Assembly: GCA_965232155.1 (NCBI GenBank)
Contig: OZ246948.1
Location: 1,016,434 to 1,080,433, forward strand
Direction: 5' to 3'
DNA length: 64,000 nucleotides
DNA from: Thermodesulfobacteriota bacterium
GTDB lineage: Bacteria; Desulfobacterota_D; UBA1144; Nemesobacterales; Nemesobacteraceae
Shown here: piece after piece, positions 11,127 to 20,118 of the stretch
Layout of the letters: each line of letters begins with the position of its first letter
Position numbering within the stretch: position 1 is the first letter of the stretch
The notes under the pieces: generated by a model
What the model was told of the DNA's origin: nothing
The model's database searches: none
The model's input: only the letters and a program-made list of their open reading frames with translations
Translations under genes and position numbers: made by a program

Positions 11127-11621
11127 TCACGCGTCCTGGACCGAATCTTTTGTCCTCTCGACTAACTGCTCCACTCTGGGATACATGTAGATATGCAGGA
11201 TGATTCCTATTACCGAGAAAGGAATCATATCTTGGGGATTTTTGCTCAGAAACGCGAGCACAAATCCAAGCAGCACAACGGTCTCGTTTATTCCCCAGGG
11301 AACCACGTGCGGGAGCAGTAGACGGTTTGAGAGTTCCTCAATCCTTTTTTCCGGTTCCTGACCCTGCGTTGAGAGAAATTTCTTGCGAAGAGATTTCTCA
11401 GAAAGGGTAAACCTGTATATAAGAAGGGAAATTACTCCAAGTGCCGCCCCTCCCAGAAGAAATACCGCCTTTACGTTTTCTGCGACATCCGGCGCCTCGG
11501 GCGATTTGAAAATAAAAACCACCGCGGCGTAGGCGAGCATGGCAAGCAGCAGGGCGAACCAGACTATTTTCAGAGCGCTCTGGTTCTTTGCGACTGATGA
11601 GACGCGGTTTTTGCTTTCCAT
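11127..11621 (-). CDS. Hypothetical integral membrane protein (4 predicted TM helices)
   Basis: 164-aa ORF with hydrophobic segments; no recognisable family. Confidence 0.4.
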   Translation of the reverse strand: MESKNRVSSVAKNQSALKIVWFALLLAMLAYAAVVFIFKSPEAPDVAENVKAVFLLGGAALGVISLLIYRFTLSEKSLRKKFLSTQGQEPEKRIEELSNRLLLPHVVPWGINETVVLLGFVLAFLSKNPQDMIPFSVIGIILHIYMYPRVEQLVERTKDSVQDA

Positions 11622-11650
11622 GACTCTGGGTGGGGGGCGAGATTGTGCGC

Positions 11651-11860
11651 TCAGGATGTGATCTTGGCGAAAACCACGCTCAGGATTATAAGAGCGACCA
11701 GGATTCCCATCATGTAAAAAGGCACGCTTGGGTTATATCCCTTTTCTATGTTCGGAACCCTTTTCTGGGACCAGATTATTGGGGCCGCTTCGTTTTCATC
11801 CGGCGCCTCGGTTTCCTGCTCCGCCATTTCTTCTGTTTTCTGCTCTTCGGTCTCCGCCAT
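11651..11860 (-). CDS. Small acidic protein with a C-terminal TM helix (hypothetical)
   Basis: MAETEEQKTEEMAEQETEAPDE...MMGILVALIILSVVFAKITS. The antisense plus-strand ORF 11630..11875 was judged less likely. Confidence 0.3.
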   Translation of the reverse strand: MAETEEQKTEEMAEQETEAPDENEAAPIIWSQKRVPNIEKGYNPSVPFYMMGILVALIILSVVFAKITS

Positions 11861-12002
11861 TTTAAGGTTTCCTAGGACTGAGCGTACGAAGAAATTATCA
11901 CGCAACCCTCCCCGAAAATCAAGTTTCCCATAGGGCCGGCGACCCTTGGGTTTCCTTGAAAACCCGGTCCCGTGTATTTATACTTACCCCAACATTGTAA
12001 AA

Positions 12003-12022
12003 GGCCGCGAAGTTCCGCGGCC
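12003..12022 (+). promoter_or_regulatory. Perfect 7-bp stem hairpin (GGCCGCG-aagttc-CGCGGCC) immediately upstream of the rhodanese ribosome-binding site
   Basis: Read directly from the sequence; no T-tract follows, so it is not a terminator. Sits in the divergent promoter region. Confidence 0.3.
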
Positions 12023-12039
12023 GGACGGAGGTTTTAGAG

Positions 12040-12882
12040 ATGGCGGATTACGCAAATCCCGATGTTTTGGTGAGCACGGACTGGGTAGAGGAGCATATAG
12101 ACGACCCTGATATCGTTATAGTGGAATCGGATGAGGATATATTGCTTTACGAAATAGGACACATAAGAAATTCGGTGAAATTCGACTGGCAGACCGAACT
12201 TCAGGATCAACTTGTAAGGGACTACGTGAGCAGGGAGAACTTCGAGGCGCTGCTTTCGGAAAAGGGAATTTCAAACGACCACGCGGTGGTCTTCTACGGG
12301 GACAGAAGCAACTGGTGGGCCTGCTACGCGTTCTGGACCTTCAAGGTTCTGGGGCATGAGAAATGCCTCATAATGGACGGCGGAAGGCAGAAATGGGTCG
12401 ACGAGGGAAGAGATATGGTAAAAGATGTTCCCGAGAGGGCCAAAACGAACTACAAAGTGTCGGCGGTCGATGAGTCAATAAGGGCCTTTCGCGACGACGT
12501 GCTGGAGCACATGGGCTCGGGCAGACCACTTGTGGACGTCCGTTCCCCGAAAGAGTATTCTGGAGAACTTCTTCACATGGAGGCTTATCCCCAGGAAGGC
12601 GCGCTTCGCGGAGGACATATTCCGGGTGCGGTAAACGTTCCCTGGGCTACGGCGGCGAACGAGGACGGAACTTTCCGCTCGGCCGATGAACTTGTCGAGA
12701 TATACGAAAAGGGACAGGGGCTTAGCAAGGATCAGGACGTGATCGCCTACTGCAGGATAGGGGAGCGCTCTTCTCACACATGGTTTGTCCTTACCTATCT
12801 TCTCGGGTTTGAGAATGTCAGAAATTACGACGGTTCGTGGACCGAGTGGGGGAACCTTGTAAGGGCTCCGATAGAAAAATAA
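12040..12882 (+). CDS. sseA: Tandem-rhodanese sulfurtransferase (thiosulfate/3-mercaptopyruvate sulfurtransferase family)
   Basis: Two rhodanese domains with active-site loop CRIGERSS in the second; typical [17 protein letters not shown]-terminus. Confidence 0.8.
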   Translation: MADYANPDVLVSTDWVEEHIDDPDIVIVESDEDILLYEIGHIRNSVKFDWQTELQDQLVRDYVSRENFEALLSEKGISNDHAVVFYGDRSNWWACYAFWTFKVLGHEKCLIMDGGRQKWVDEGRDMVKDVPERAKTNYKVSAVDESIRAFRDDVLEHMGSGRPLVDVRSPKEYSGELLHMEAYPQEGALRGGHIPGAVNVPWATAANEDGTFRSADELVEIYEKGQGLSKDQDVIAYCRIGERSSHTWFVLTYLLGFENVRNYDGSWTEWGNLVRAPIEK

Positions 12883-12912
12883 AAGGAGAAACGTTTTTGC
12901 GTGAATGAGAAA

Positions 12913-12951
12913 GGATGTGGTCTTAAGGGTCCGCATCCTTTTTTTTTTGAA
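12913..12951 (+). terminator. Rho-independent terminator after the rhodanese gene
   Basis: GGATGTGGTC-ttaagg-GTCCGCATCC stem followed by T10. Confidence 0.55.
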
Positions 12952-12962
12952 ATCGCGGGAAA

Positions 12963-13388
12963 ATGGCCAGCATAGAGGAAATAGTAGAGGAATTCCAGGT
13001 GGCGGACCGTCAGGGGATGATTGACCTGCTCAAGGACTACTCCGAGGAGCTGCCGGAGGTTCCCGAAAGGGTTCTCAGCCTGATGGACAGGGACGCCAAC
13101 CGTGTGCACGAGTGCGAAACCCCCGTTTTCATCTGGGTTGAGAGGGAAAACGGTGCCGTAATGATATTCGCCGACGTGCCGGGACCGTATCCGACCGTCA
13201 GGGGGCTTGTTTCGATTCTCGTAACCGCGTTTTCCGGCCTGAGCCCCGAGGAGATAGAGTCAGCTCCCCCTGATTTCATTTCCCAACTCGGACTTGCGCA
13301 GTTGCTCGGAACCAGGAGGATGTGGGGGATTTCCGCCGTCTACTCGAGAATAAAGAGCGAGGTGGGGAAAACGAAGGAGGCGCCATGA
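12963..13388 (+). CDS. sufE: SufE-family sulfur acceptor protein
   Basis: VHECETPVFIWVE aligns with SufE active-site region QGCQSQVWIV. The downstream blocks (RGLVSILVTAF...SPEEI; LGLAQLLGTRRMWGISAVYSRI) follow the SufE pattern. Confidence 0.7.
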   Translation: MASIEEIVEEFQVADRQGMIDLLKDYSEELPEVPERVLSLMDRDANRVHECETPVFIWVERENGAVMIFADVPGPYPTVRGLVSILVTAFSGLSPEEIESAPPDFISQLGLAQLLGTRRMWGISAVYSRIKSEVGKTKEAP

Positions 13389-13774
13389 TAGAAGAGCAGA
13401 GAATGAAGATGATCATGGATCACTACGAAAATCCGAGAAACTTCGGTCCGCTTGAGAACCCGACGGTGACGCTTAGAGGTGGCAACCCGAATTGCGGAGA
13501 CACGCTGAATATCTATATTCGCACAGCCGATGGGGGAGTCATAGAAGATATAAGTTTTGACGGGGAAGGCTGCACGATAAGCCAGGCCGCGGCTTCCCTT
13601 CTTACGGAGTTTATAAAGGGAAAGACTGTGGAGCGGCTCAGAGAGCTCGACTCTGACTACCTCAAGGAACTTCTTGGCAAGGACATCATGGTAACTCGCC
13701 CGAAATGCAGCCGCCTCGCCCTTGAAACCCTCAAATCATGGGCAAGGGATTTCGAGAGGGGAAAAACCGCCTGA
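13385..13774 (+). CDS. sufU: SufU/IscU-type Fe-S cluster scaffold / sulfur-transfer protein (NifU N-terminal domain)
   Basis: NPNCGD, GEGCTISQAAAS and PKCSRLALE three-Cys pattern. AGGAGG ribosome-binding site; 4-bp overlap with sufE. Confidence 0.75.
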   Translation: MIEEQRMKMIMDHYENPRNFGPLENPTVTLRGGNPNCGDTLNIYIRTADGGVIEDISFDGEGCTISQAAASLLTEFIKGKTVERLRELDSDYLKELLGKDIMVTRPKCSRLALETLKSWARDFERGKTA

Positions 13775-13826
13775 TTTTTGGTATACTTCTCTTTATTACT
13801 CAACCAGATTCAAGGAGATTCAAACG

Positions 13827-15161
13827 ATGAAAAACGGCAAACTCGATAAAACGGTTCTAAGCGAAAGGATTGAAGAAGCGCTTAAATACCCGCTTTTTGA
13901 TTCCATATTCAACAGGCGCTCAAGAAGATTCGGTCTTGGAATGGAGCTTAAGGACAGCACCCTTGAGTTCAAGTCGAACTACGATCCCGTGCCTCTCACA
14001 GAGATGGAGGAAGCGCTTCTGGTGTGGGCCGGAACGGGGCTCACCGGGCTTTGCCTCGCTGACCTGCCGCCAGAGAACGGGATAGACCTTCTATGCCAGT
14101 GGACGGGAAGAACCTGGCCTTCTGCGTGCAATAACCACGGGACTGAGCTTTTTTTCACAAATGATAACGGTCTTTACCACGTGGACGTAAAGAACATGCT
14201 TCCCAAGGAACATGAGATCGATCTGTTTTTCAAGCTCTCCCGCGAGGAGAAAATCGCGAGGGTTCTGGAACTCTACAGGGAAAGCATTAACAAGCTTGAG
14301 GACGGAAGGGCCGACATGCCCGACAAGATGCCGGGACTTTTTGAGTTTAACCAGTGGAATACAAACAAGCCCGGCACCACGCTTTTTGTTCCGGTGACGG
14401 ACGTCACCGAGGAGTACCTGAATCTTCTTACCCTTTACTGCAGCCACAGCTACGGATTCACGATCATAGACGATCTTACCGGAAAGCCCGCGGGCGTTGA
14501 GAAATGGGTGGAGACAGGCAGGCTCAAGGGCGATATAAAGCTTTCTCTATTCGATCTCGAGGTAAGAATTCTTACGGGACTTAACGTTGAGCAGGCGTTT
14601 ATCACGCAGAACATGGCCCTTGCTCTCCAGCCCCTGGGGCTTGCGGGATGGGCGTTTACGGGCTTCATACCGAGGTTCGCCATGGGAGCCGCTCCGAATC
14701 TGTTCAAGGGTCTCGGATTCCGTTTCGTTCAGCCGAAAAAAGGTACGATCGATCCTCCCACCACCGTTCCCGTAGGAAAGGACGGGGTTTTTGAAGCTTA
14801 CTGTCCACCCTACTATGAGAACATGGATGATGCGATTGATCACTTCTTGGCCCATAAATGGAGAGCGTGGGAATCCGACAAGCCTTTCCCGTACACGGAA
14901 CCCGACAGGCATCTCATGAAGGCCCCGAGGCCCACGGATACCACCATAGAGATTGTAAGGGCTGTCGCTAACTATATTTATGACACTTACGGCAGATTCC
15001 CAGCGTTTGTGGATCCCATGTACATGAGGCTAGTTTTTCAGGCGATGCACATAGACGTGGATTTCTATGACCAGTATTACCCGAAGGGTTCCTATTCGGA
15101 CAGGCATCTGCAAGCTTTTCTCGAGAACAATCCGGACCAGAGAGAGCGGTTTAAAGAGTAG
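13827..15161 (+). CDS. Enlarged nitroreductase-superfamily protein (444 aa), function unknown
   Basis: N-terminal FNRRSRRFG (RRSxRxF nitroreductase signature) and C-terminal ITQNMALALQPLGLAGWAFTGF (QNxxLAxxxLGLG), with about 250 extra residues between. Ribosome-binding site AAGGAG 8 nt upstream of the ATG at 13827. Confidence 0.5.
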   Translation: MKNGKLDKTVLSERIEEALKYPLFDSIFNRRSRRFGLGMELKDSTLEFKSNYDPVPLTEMEEALLVWAGTGLTGLCLADLPPENGIDLLCQWTGRTWPSACNNHGTELFFTNDNGLYHVDVKNMLPKEHEIDLFFKLSREEKIARVLELYRESINKLEDGRADMPDKMPGLFEFNQWNTNKPGTTLFVPVTDVTEEYLNLLTLYCSHSYGFTIIDDLTGKPAGVEKWVETGRLKGDIKLSLFDLEVRILTGLNVEQAFITQNMALALQPLGLAGWAFTGFIPRFAMGAAPNLFKGLGFRFVQPKKGTIDPPTTVPVGKDGVFEAYCPPYYENMDDAIDHFLAHKWRAWESDKPFPYTEPDRHLMKAPRPTDTTIEIVRAVANYIYDTYGRFPAFVDPMYMRLVFQAMHIDVDFYDQYYPKGSYSDRHLQAFLENNPDQRERFKE

Positions 15162-15217
15162 CGCCTGCCCTGTGAGTAGAGTTTGACCCGGTTTGCGGTA
15201 GGGGGAGAGAATCAGGC

Positions 15218-16550
15218 ATGCGCGTAGCTATCATCGGAAATGGGGTAACGGGGGTTGCGGCCGCCCTGAGTATACGCAGGCTCCAGCCCGACTGGGAGAT
15301 CATCATGATCTCGGGGGAGTCCTCTTTTCACTATTCCCGCCCGGCGCTCATGTACATATTCATGGGCCACATGAGCTACAAGGACACCAAGCCTTACGAG
15401 GACAGTTTCTGGAGGAAAAACCGCATTGATTTGGTAAGGGGATGGGTTACAGAAATTGATGCCGCCGGGAAAAAGCTCATTATGCACGAAAAAGATCCCG
15501 TTTCGTTCGATAAGCTGCTTGTCGCCACGGGATCCAAGTCAAACAAGTTCGGTTGGCCCGGCCAGGGTCTTGGAGGAGTACAGGGCTTCTACAGCCTTAT
15601 GGATCTCAGGCTTCTTTACGAGAACGTAAAAGGAGCCCGAAGTCGTCGGAGGTGGCCTGATCGGGATCGAGCTTGCTGAATGCTCCATTAAAAGGAGCCC
15701 GAAGCGCCGTTATCGTCGGAGGTGGCCTGATCGGGATCGAGCTTGCTGAGATGCTCCATTCGCGCAATATCCACGTCACACTGGTGAGAGAAGAGTCCTA
15801 CTGGATAACGTCCTTCCGATTGAGGAATCACGGATGATAAACCGCGTGATTCTGGAGCAGGGGATTGATCTCAGGCTCTTAACGGAGCTAAAGGAGATAG
15901 TAGGGGACGATTCGGGGAGAGTGCGGGGAGTCGTAACCAGCAAGGAGGAATTCATAGAATGCCAGATCGTCGGTCTTACCGCGGGAGTAAGTCCCAACAT
16001 AGCTCTTGCCAAGGCAAGCGGGATAAAGACAGGGAGGGGGATTCTGGTTGACCGCAGCTTCAGGACCGATACCCCGGATGTGTTTGCCGCCGGGGACTGC
16101 GCCGAGATAATCACTGAGGGGGATGGAAGGAACCTTATTCAGCAGGTCTGGTACACCGGCAAGAACCAGGGAAAAGTGGCTGGAGAGGCGATAGCCGGCC
16201 GACACAGCGTGTATGACCCCGGAATCTGGTATAACTCGGCTAAATTCTTCGATCTTGAGTACCAGACTTACGGTAACGTGAGAAACGTTCCTGCCCAGGG
16301 GGAGGACAGTTTTTACTGGGAGCATCCCGATCACAGCCGTTCAGTAAGAATCGTTACGAAAGACGGAGCCGTCTGCGGCATAAACGTCATGGGTCTTCGC
16401 TACAGCCACAGGGTTTGCGAGAGCTGGGTGGCGGAGAAAAGGCCCCTTGACTATGTGCTCGATCATCTGGGGGATGCCAATTTCGATCCGGAATTCTATG
16501 AAGAATGTGAAGCGGAAATAATAAGGGAGATAAGGAAACAGGCCGCCTGA
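15218..16550 (+). pseudogene. NAD(P)H-dependent FAD oxidoreductase of the pyridine-nucleotide-disulfide family (ferredoxin/rubredoxin-reductase or NirB-N-like), disrupted
   Basis: N-terminus MRVAIIGNGVTGVAAA...YSRPALMY (no redox-active Cys), second Rossmann RSAVIVGGGLIGIELAEML, C-terminal GDCAEI. The reading frame is broken by an imperfect 62/71-nt tandem duplication (15628-15760) and a 1-nt deletion near 15804 (GG vs GGG). Confidence 0.6.
15628..15760 (+). repeat. Imperfect tandem duplication (62 nt plus 71 nt) inside the flavoprotein gene
   Basis: Copy 1 is aaaaggagcccgaagTcgtcgg...gctgaAtgctccatt. Copy 2 carries an extra CGCCGTTAT and an extra G. Deleting copy 1 restores ...ENVKGARSAVIVGGGLIGIELAEMLHSRNIHVTLVREESYW. 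Confidence 0.8.
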
Positions 16551-17944
16551 TGGAACAAAATATTACAGGCTACGATTTTGACGAAGAAGCCCTTGGTTTT
16601 GAGGAACCGGAGAAGGCCCCGGACAAGCCGCTTGGAACCGGAGAAAGACTTTCTCTTGCCGTTTTGGGCTTCGGAATACTAATGTTTGCCCTTCAGTCCA
16701 TGGGTATGCCTCCGGGCGGCACGTGGGCCGGATTTCTTCTGGTATTTCTTCCTGTTTGCTTCGGTACGGCGTTTTACTTCTACCTTAATTTTAAGAGCAC
16801 CGTTCCGGGAATAAAACATGACAACATCTACTTCAGGGGAATAACCAACAAGGGGATTCTCGGCTGGCTTGTCGGCATTGTGTTCACCGGTTTCTACATA
16901 GCTCTCTACTGGTTTCCCGAATATCTGGCGGGGGGAATAAAGATCGTAAACCCCCTTTCTCAGGCCCTTTCAGGTTCTCCGGCCAACAACTGGTTTTTCT
17001 ACGGTTTTCTCTACACAGTGGCCGTTTTCGTTTTCGGCGCGAGAATGTTCATGAAATACAGGCATAACCGCTACCAGCAGATAAGAACGGCCTCCGTGAT
17101 GTTTTTCCAGCTCGGGTTCGCGTTTCTCATTCCCAACATCCTCAGGCTCTTTAACCAGCCCGAGTTCTACCTGAGCTATTTCTGGCCGCTCAAGCCCGAG
17201 TACCTGTTCCCCGGCACGTTCAGCTATTTAGTGAACCACCCCGGCGGTCTCGGAATGTTCCTTGTTTTCTGGGGAGCCGTGATGACCTTCATCGCCACTC
17301 CGCTTCTTACCTACTATTTCGGCAAGAGATGGTACTGCTCCTGGGTGTGCGGCTGCGGAGGGCTTGCTGAAACCATGGGAGACCCTTGGAGGCAGCTTTC
17401 CGACAAATCGAAAAAGGCATGGAGGATAGAGCGCTGGATCGTGCATTCCGTGCTGGTGTTTATCGTCGTTACGACGGTTCTTCTCTGGGTTAACTCCACA
17501 ACCTCGGGGGCGGTGTTCGGAGAAGCCTCGATGTCTCTTAAAAAATGGTATGGATTCTACATAGGGGCCATTTTTTCTGGAGTCATAGGAGTTGGTTTCT
17601 ATCCCATAATGGGAAGCAGGGTGTGGTGTCGGTTCGGTTGCCCTATGGCGGCTATTCTAGGGATTTTCCAGAGGTATCTTTCGAGATTCAGGATTACAAC
17701 AAACGGCGACCAGTGCATGTCATGCGGCAACTGTTCCACTTACTGCGAGATGGGCATAGATGTCAGGGCTTACGCTCAGAAGGGCGAGAACATAGTGAGA
17801 GCGTCGTGCGTTGGATGCGGGGTGTGCTCGGCCGTGTGTCCCAGGGGGGTGCTTAAGCTTGAAAACGGGGGAACTTTCAAGGACAGGTTCTCGGGGGCGG
17901 ACAAGCCGCTTGGGGCACTTATCGATTCACTTAGACATGTCTAG
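16550..17944 (+). CDS. Membrane polyferredoxin of the NapH/MauN/CcoG(FixG)-like family
   Basis: Multiple TM helices carrying WYCSWVCGCGG and RVWCRFGCPMAAILG (CxxxC-P motifs as in NapH/CcoG). C-terminal 2x[4Fe-4S] domain CMSCGNCSTYCEMG...CVGCGVCSAVCPRG. Confidence 0.65.
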   Translation: MEQNITGYDFDEEALGFEEPEKAPDKPLGTGERLSLAVLGFGILMFALQSMGMPPGGTWAGFLLVFLPVCFGTAFYFYLNFKSTVPGIKHDNIYFRGITNKGILGWLVGIVFTGFYIALYWFPEYLAGGIKIVNPLSQALSGSPANNWFFYGFLYTVAVFVFGARMFMKYRHNRYQQIRTASVMFFQLGFAFLIPNILRLFNQPEFYLSYFWPLKPEYLFPGTFSYLVNHPGGLGMFLVFWGAVMTFIATPLLTYYFGKRWYCSWVCGCGGLAETMGDPWRQLSDKSKKAWRIERWIVHSVLVFIVVTTVLLWVNSTTSGAVFGEASMSLKKWYGFYIGAIFSGVIGVGFYPIMGSRVWCRFGCPMAAILGIFQRYLSRFRITTNGDQCMSCGNCSTYCEMGIDVRAYAQKGENIVRASCVGCGVCSAVCPRGVLKLENGGTFKDRFSGADKPLGALIDSLRHV

Positions 17945-18005
17945 CTTCGGCGCCCGAAGTCTTTATTTTCCGATCCTTAAAATGCCCGACACAACAGCTA
18001 AGCGC

Positions 18006-18458
18006 TCAGATATTGAGAAACTTGACGGATTCCAGACTTTCCTTTTTCCCGCGGTCGGCTCTTTCGATTATCTCGCCGCTTTCTATGTCAAATATGAAGC
18101 AGGATATACCGGAAAGTATTTCCATGTTAAACTCCAGAAAGTTGTTGACGTATAGCTTGGAGTCTTCAACAATTTCCTTTTTGTCGGCTTTCTCCGGTTT
18201 TCTTACTAAAATAAAATACGCGCACAGAAAATCCGGAAGATCCGGGTTGTGGGCAAATACCGCTTTTGAATCGTATTTCAGGATTACATTATTGTTGAAA
18301 TAGCGCTGGTATCCAGCAATTAGCGGCTGATTCAGATGAGACAGCGCGTAAACTATTGCGCAGGCGATTTTGCTCTGGTTCTCAATCATGAAATCAAGCG
18401 CTTCCTTGTTGAACCGCTCGAGTGTTTTTTCCGCTTCCTCTTTTCTTCGTGGTGACAT
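18006..18458 (-). CDS. Hypothetical protein (150 aa) in a locally AT-rich segment
   Basis: ORF only; no recognisable motif. Confidence 0.35.
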   Translation of the reverse strand: MSPRRKEEAEKTLERFNKEALDFMIENQSKIACAIVYALSHLNQPLIAGYQRYFNNNVILKYDSKAVFAHNPDLPDFLCAYFILVRKPEKADKKEIVEDSKLYVNNFLEFNMEILSGISCFIFDIESGEIIERADRGKKESLESVKFLNI

Positions 18459-18560
18459 TTTATCCTCCTTGAGAAGTTCCCTTCGCCGGTTTTCCCCTTT
18501 AAGTGGTGGTGCTAATATACCATAAACCTTAAAGCGGGGGTGGAAGTGCCGTTGCGTTCT

Positions 18561-20117
18561 CTATGAAGCATACGCCGTTGCCCTGCTTTCCCTTATGACC
18601 ATGATTTTTATCTGGCCCGGATAAACGACCTCTTTTTCTATCTTCTTGGCTATCTCATGCGAAAGGATAGCTCCCTCCTCGTCGCTTACTTGGTCGCTTT
18701 CCACTATCACCCTTACCTCTCTTCCCGCCTGGATCGCATAACATCTCTCAACGCCGGGAAAAGAGCTGGCGACGCCTTCTATGCTCTCGATTCTTTTCAC
18801 GTAGTTCTCATACGTTTCCCTCCGGGCGCCTGGGCGGGCGGCGGAAATGGCGTCGGCCGCCTGTACGAGAAGCGGCAGGATTCCTTGGGGCTGAGGGTCA
18901 TGGGTTTTTTCAAGCGCGTCAATGATTTCGGGGGGTTCGCCGTATTTTTTGACGATGTTTGTCCCTATATCCACATGCGAGCCTTCAACCTCGTGGTCGA
19001 CCGCTTTTCCTATGTCGTGGAGTAGTCCGGCTCTTTTGGCGAGTTTCTCGTTGTAACCGATTTCGGAAGCAAGCATTCCGCAGATGAACCCCACCTCAAT
19101 TGAGTGATTGAGTATGTTCTGCGAATAGCTAGTTCTGTACTTAAGCATCCCAAGATTGTTTATCAGTTCCGGATGCATACCGCTTATGCCGAGATCAAAA
19201 AGCGCCTGTTCCCCTTCTTTCTGTATTTCCCTTTCTATTTCCTTTTCAACCTCGGTTACCACTTCTTCGATTCTTGCCGGATGAATTCTCCCGTCCGCTA
19301 TCAGACGCTCAAGCGAGATTTTCGCCACTTCCCGCCTGATGGGATTAAAGCACGAGATCACAACCGTCTCGGGCGTGTCGTCGATAATTATGTCCACCCC
19401 GGTACGAAGCTCTATGGAGCGGATGTTGCGTCCTTCTCGCCCGATAATTCTTCCCTTCACGTCGTCGCTCGGAAGATTGACGACCGACACCGTTTTCTCG
19501 CTCGTGTAGCTTCCGGAATATCTCTGGATGGCAAGGGATATTATGTCCTTCGCCTTCCGCTCGGCCGATGAATTGCACTCTTCCTCTATATGCTTGAGTC
19601 TTTTCGCCGCCTCGTGTCTTGCCTCGTTCTCAACCAGGCTTACGAGTTCGGCCTTCGCCGCCTCGCGGGTAAAACCTGATACCTCTTCTATTTTCCCCTT
19701 TATCTCTTCGATGTTCTCATCAAGAGCTCTCTGCTTTTCCTCGAGAGTCAGGTTCTTGCTCTCCAGTTCCGCCTGCGCTTTCTCAAGTTCCGTATTCTTC
19801 CTGTCAATCTCCTCGTGTTCTTTGCCAAGTTTCTCTTCCCTTGCCTTTAGCTTTTTTTCAGTAGCGGAGAATTCCTTGCGCTTTTCGCTTGACATTCTCT
19901 GCATCTGAGAGTTTTTATCCTTAACGAGTTTTTTCGCCCTGTTATCCGCTCTGTTTTTTATCTCTTCCGCCTGTTTCTCCGCTTTTCGGATTATGCCCTG
20001 TGCCTGCTCTTGGCTTTTGGTGATTCTGTTTTTCTCCATGATCATTCTGTAGATGAAATGGGCGGCGAATCCAAGTCCGAAGAGCAGCAAAAGCAGTAAT
20101 ATTGATTGTGCTTGCAT
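18561..20117 (-). CDS. rny: Ribonuclease Y
   Basis: N-terminal TM helix, long coiled coil, KH domain (GRIIGREGRNIRSIE) and HD domain (LLHDIGKAVDHE). Confidence 0.9.
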   Translation of the reverse strand: MQAQSILLLLLLFGLGFAAHFIYRMIMEKNRITKSQEQAQGIIRKAEKQAEEIKNRADNRAKKLVKDKNSQMQRMSSEKRKEFSATEKKLKAREEKLGKEHEEIDRKNTELEKAQAELESKNLTLEEKQRALDENIEEIKGKIEEVSGFTREAAKAELVSLVENEARHEAAKRLKHIEEECNSSAERKAKDIISLAIQRYSGSYTSEKTVSVVNLPSDDVKGRIIGREGRNIRSIELRTGVDIIIDDTPETVVISCFNPIRREVAKISLERLIADGRIHPARIEEVVTEVEKEIEREIQKEGEQALFDLGISGMHPELINNLGMLKYRTSYSQNILNHSIEVGFICGMLASEIGYNEKLAKRAGLLHDIGKAVDHEVEGSHVDIGTNIVKKYGEPPEIIDALEKTHDPQPQGILPLLVQAADAISAARPGARRETYENYVKRIESIEGVASSFPGVERCYAIQAGREVRVIVESDQVSDEEGAILSHEIAKKIEKEVVYPGQIKIMVIRESRATAYAS

Positions 20118-20118
20118 T

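Noticed and set aside
11630-11875. Plus-strand 81-aa ORF overlapping the small minus-strand membrane ORF
   Set aside because: The minus-strand ORF has a plausible TM helix and start context; the plus-strand ORF is low-complexity. Both remain low-confidence.
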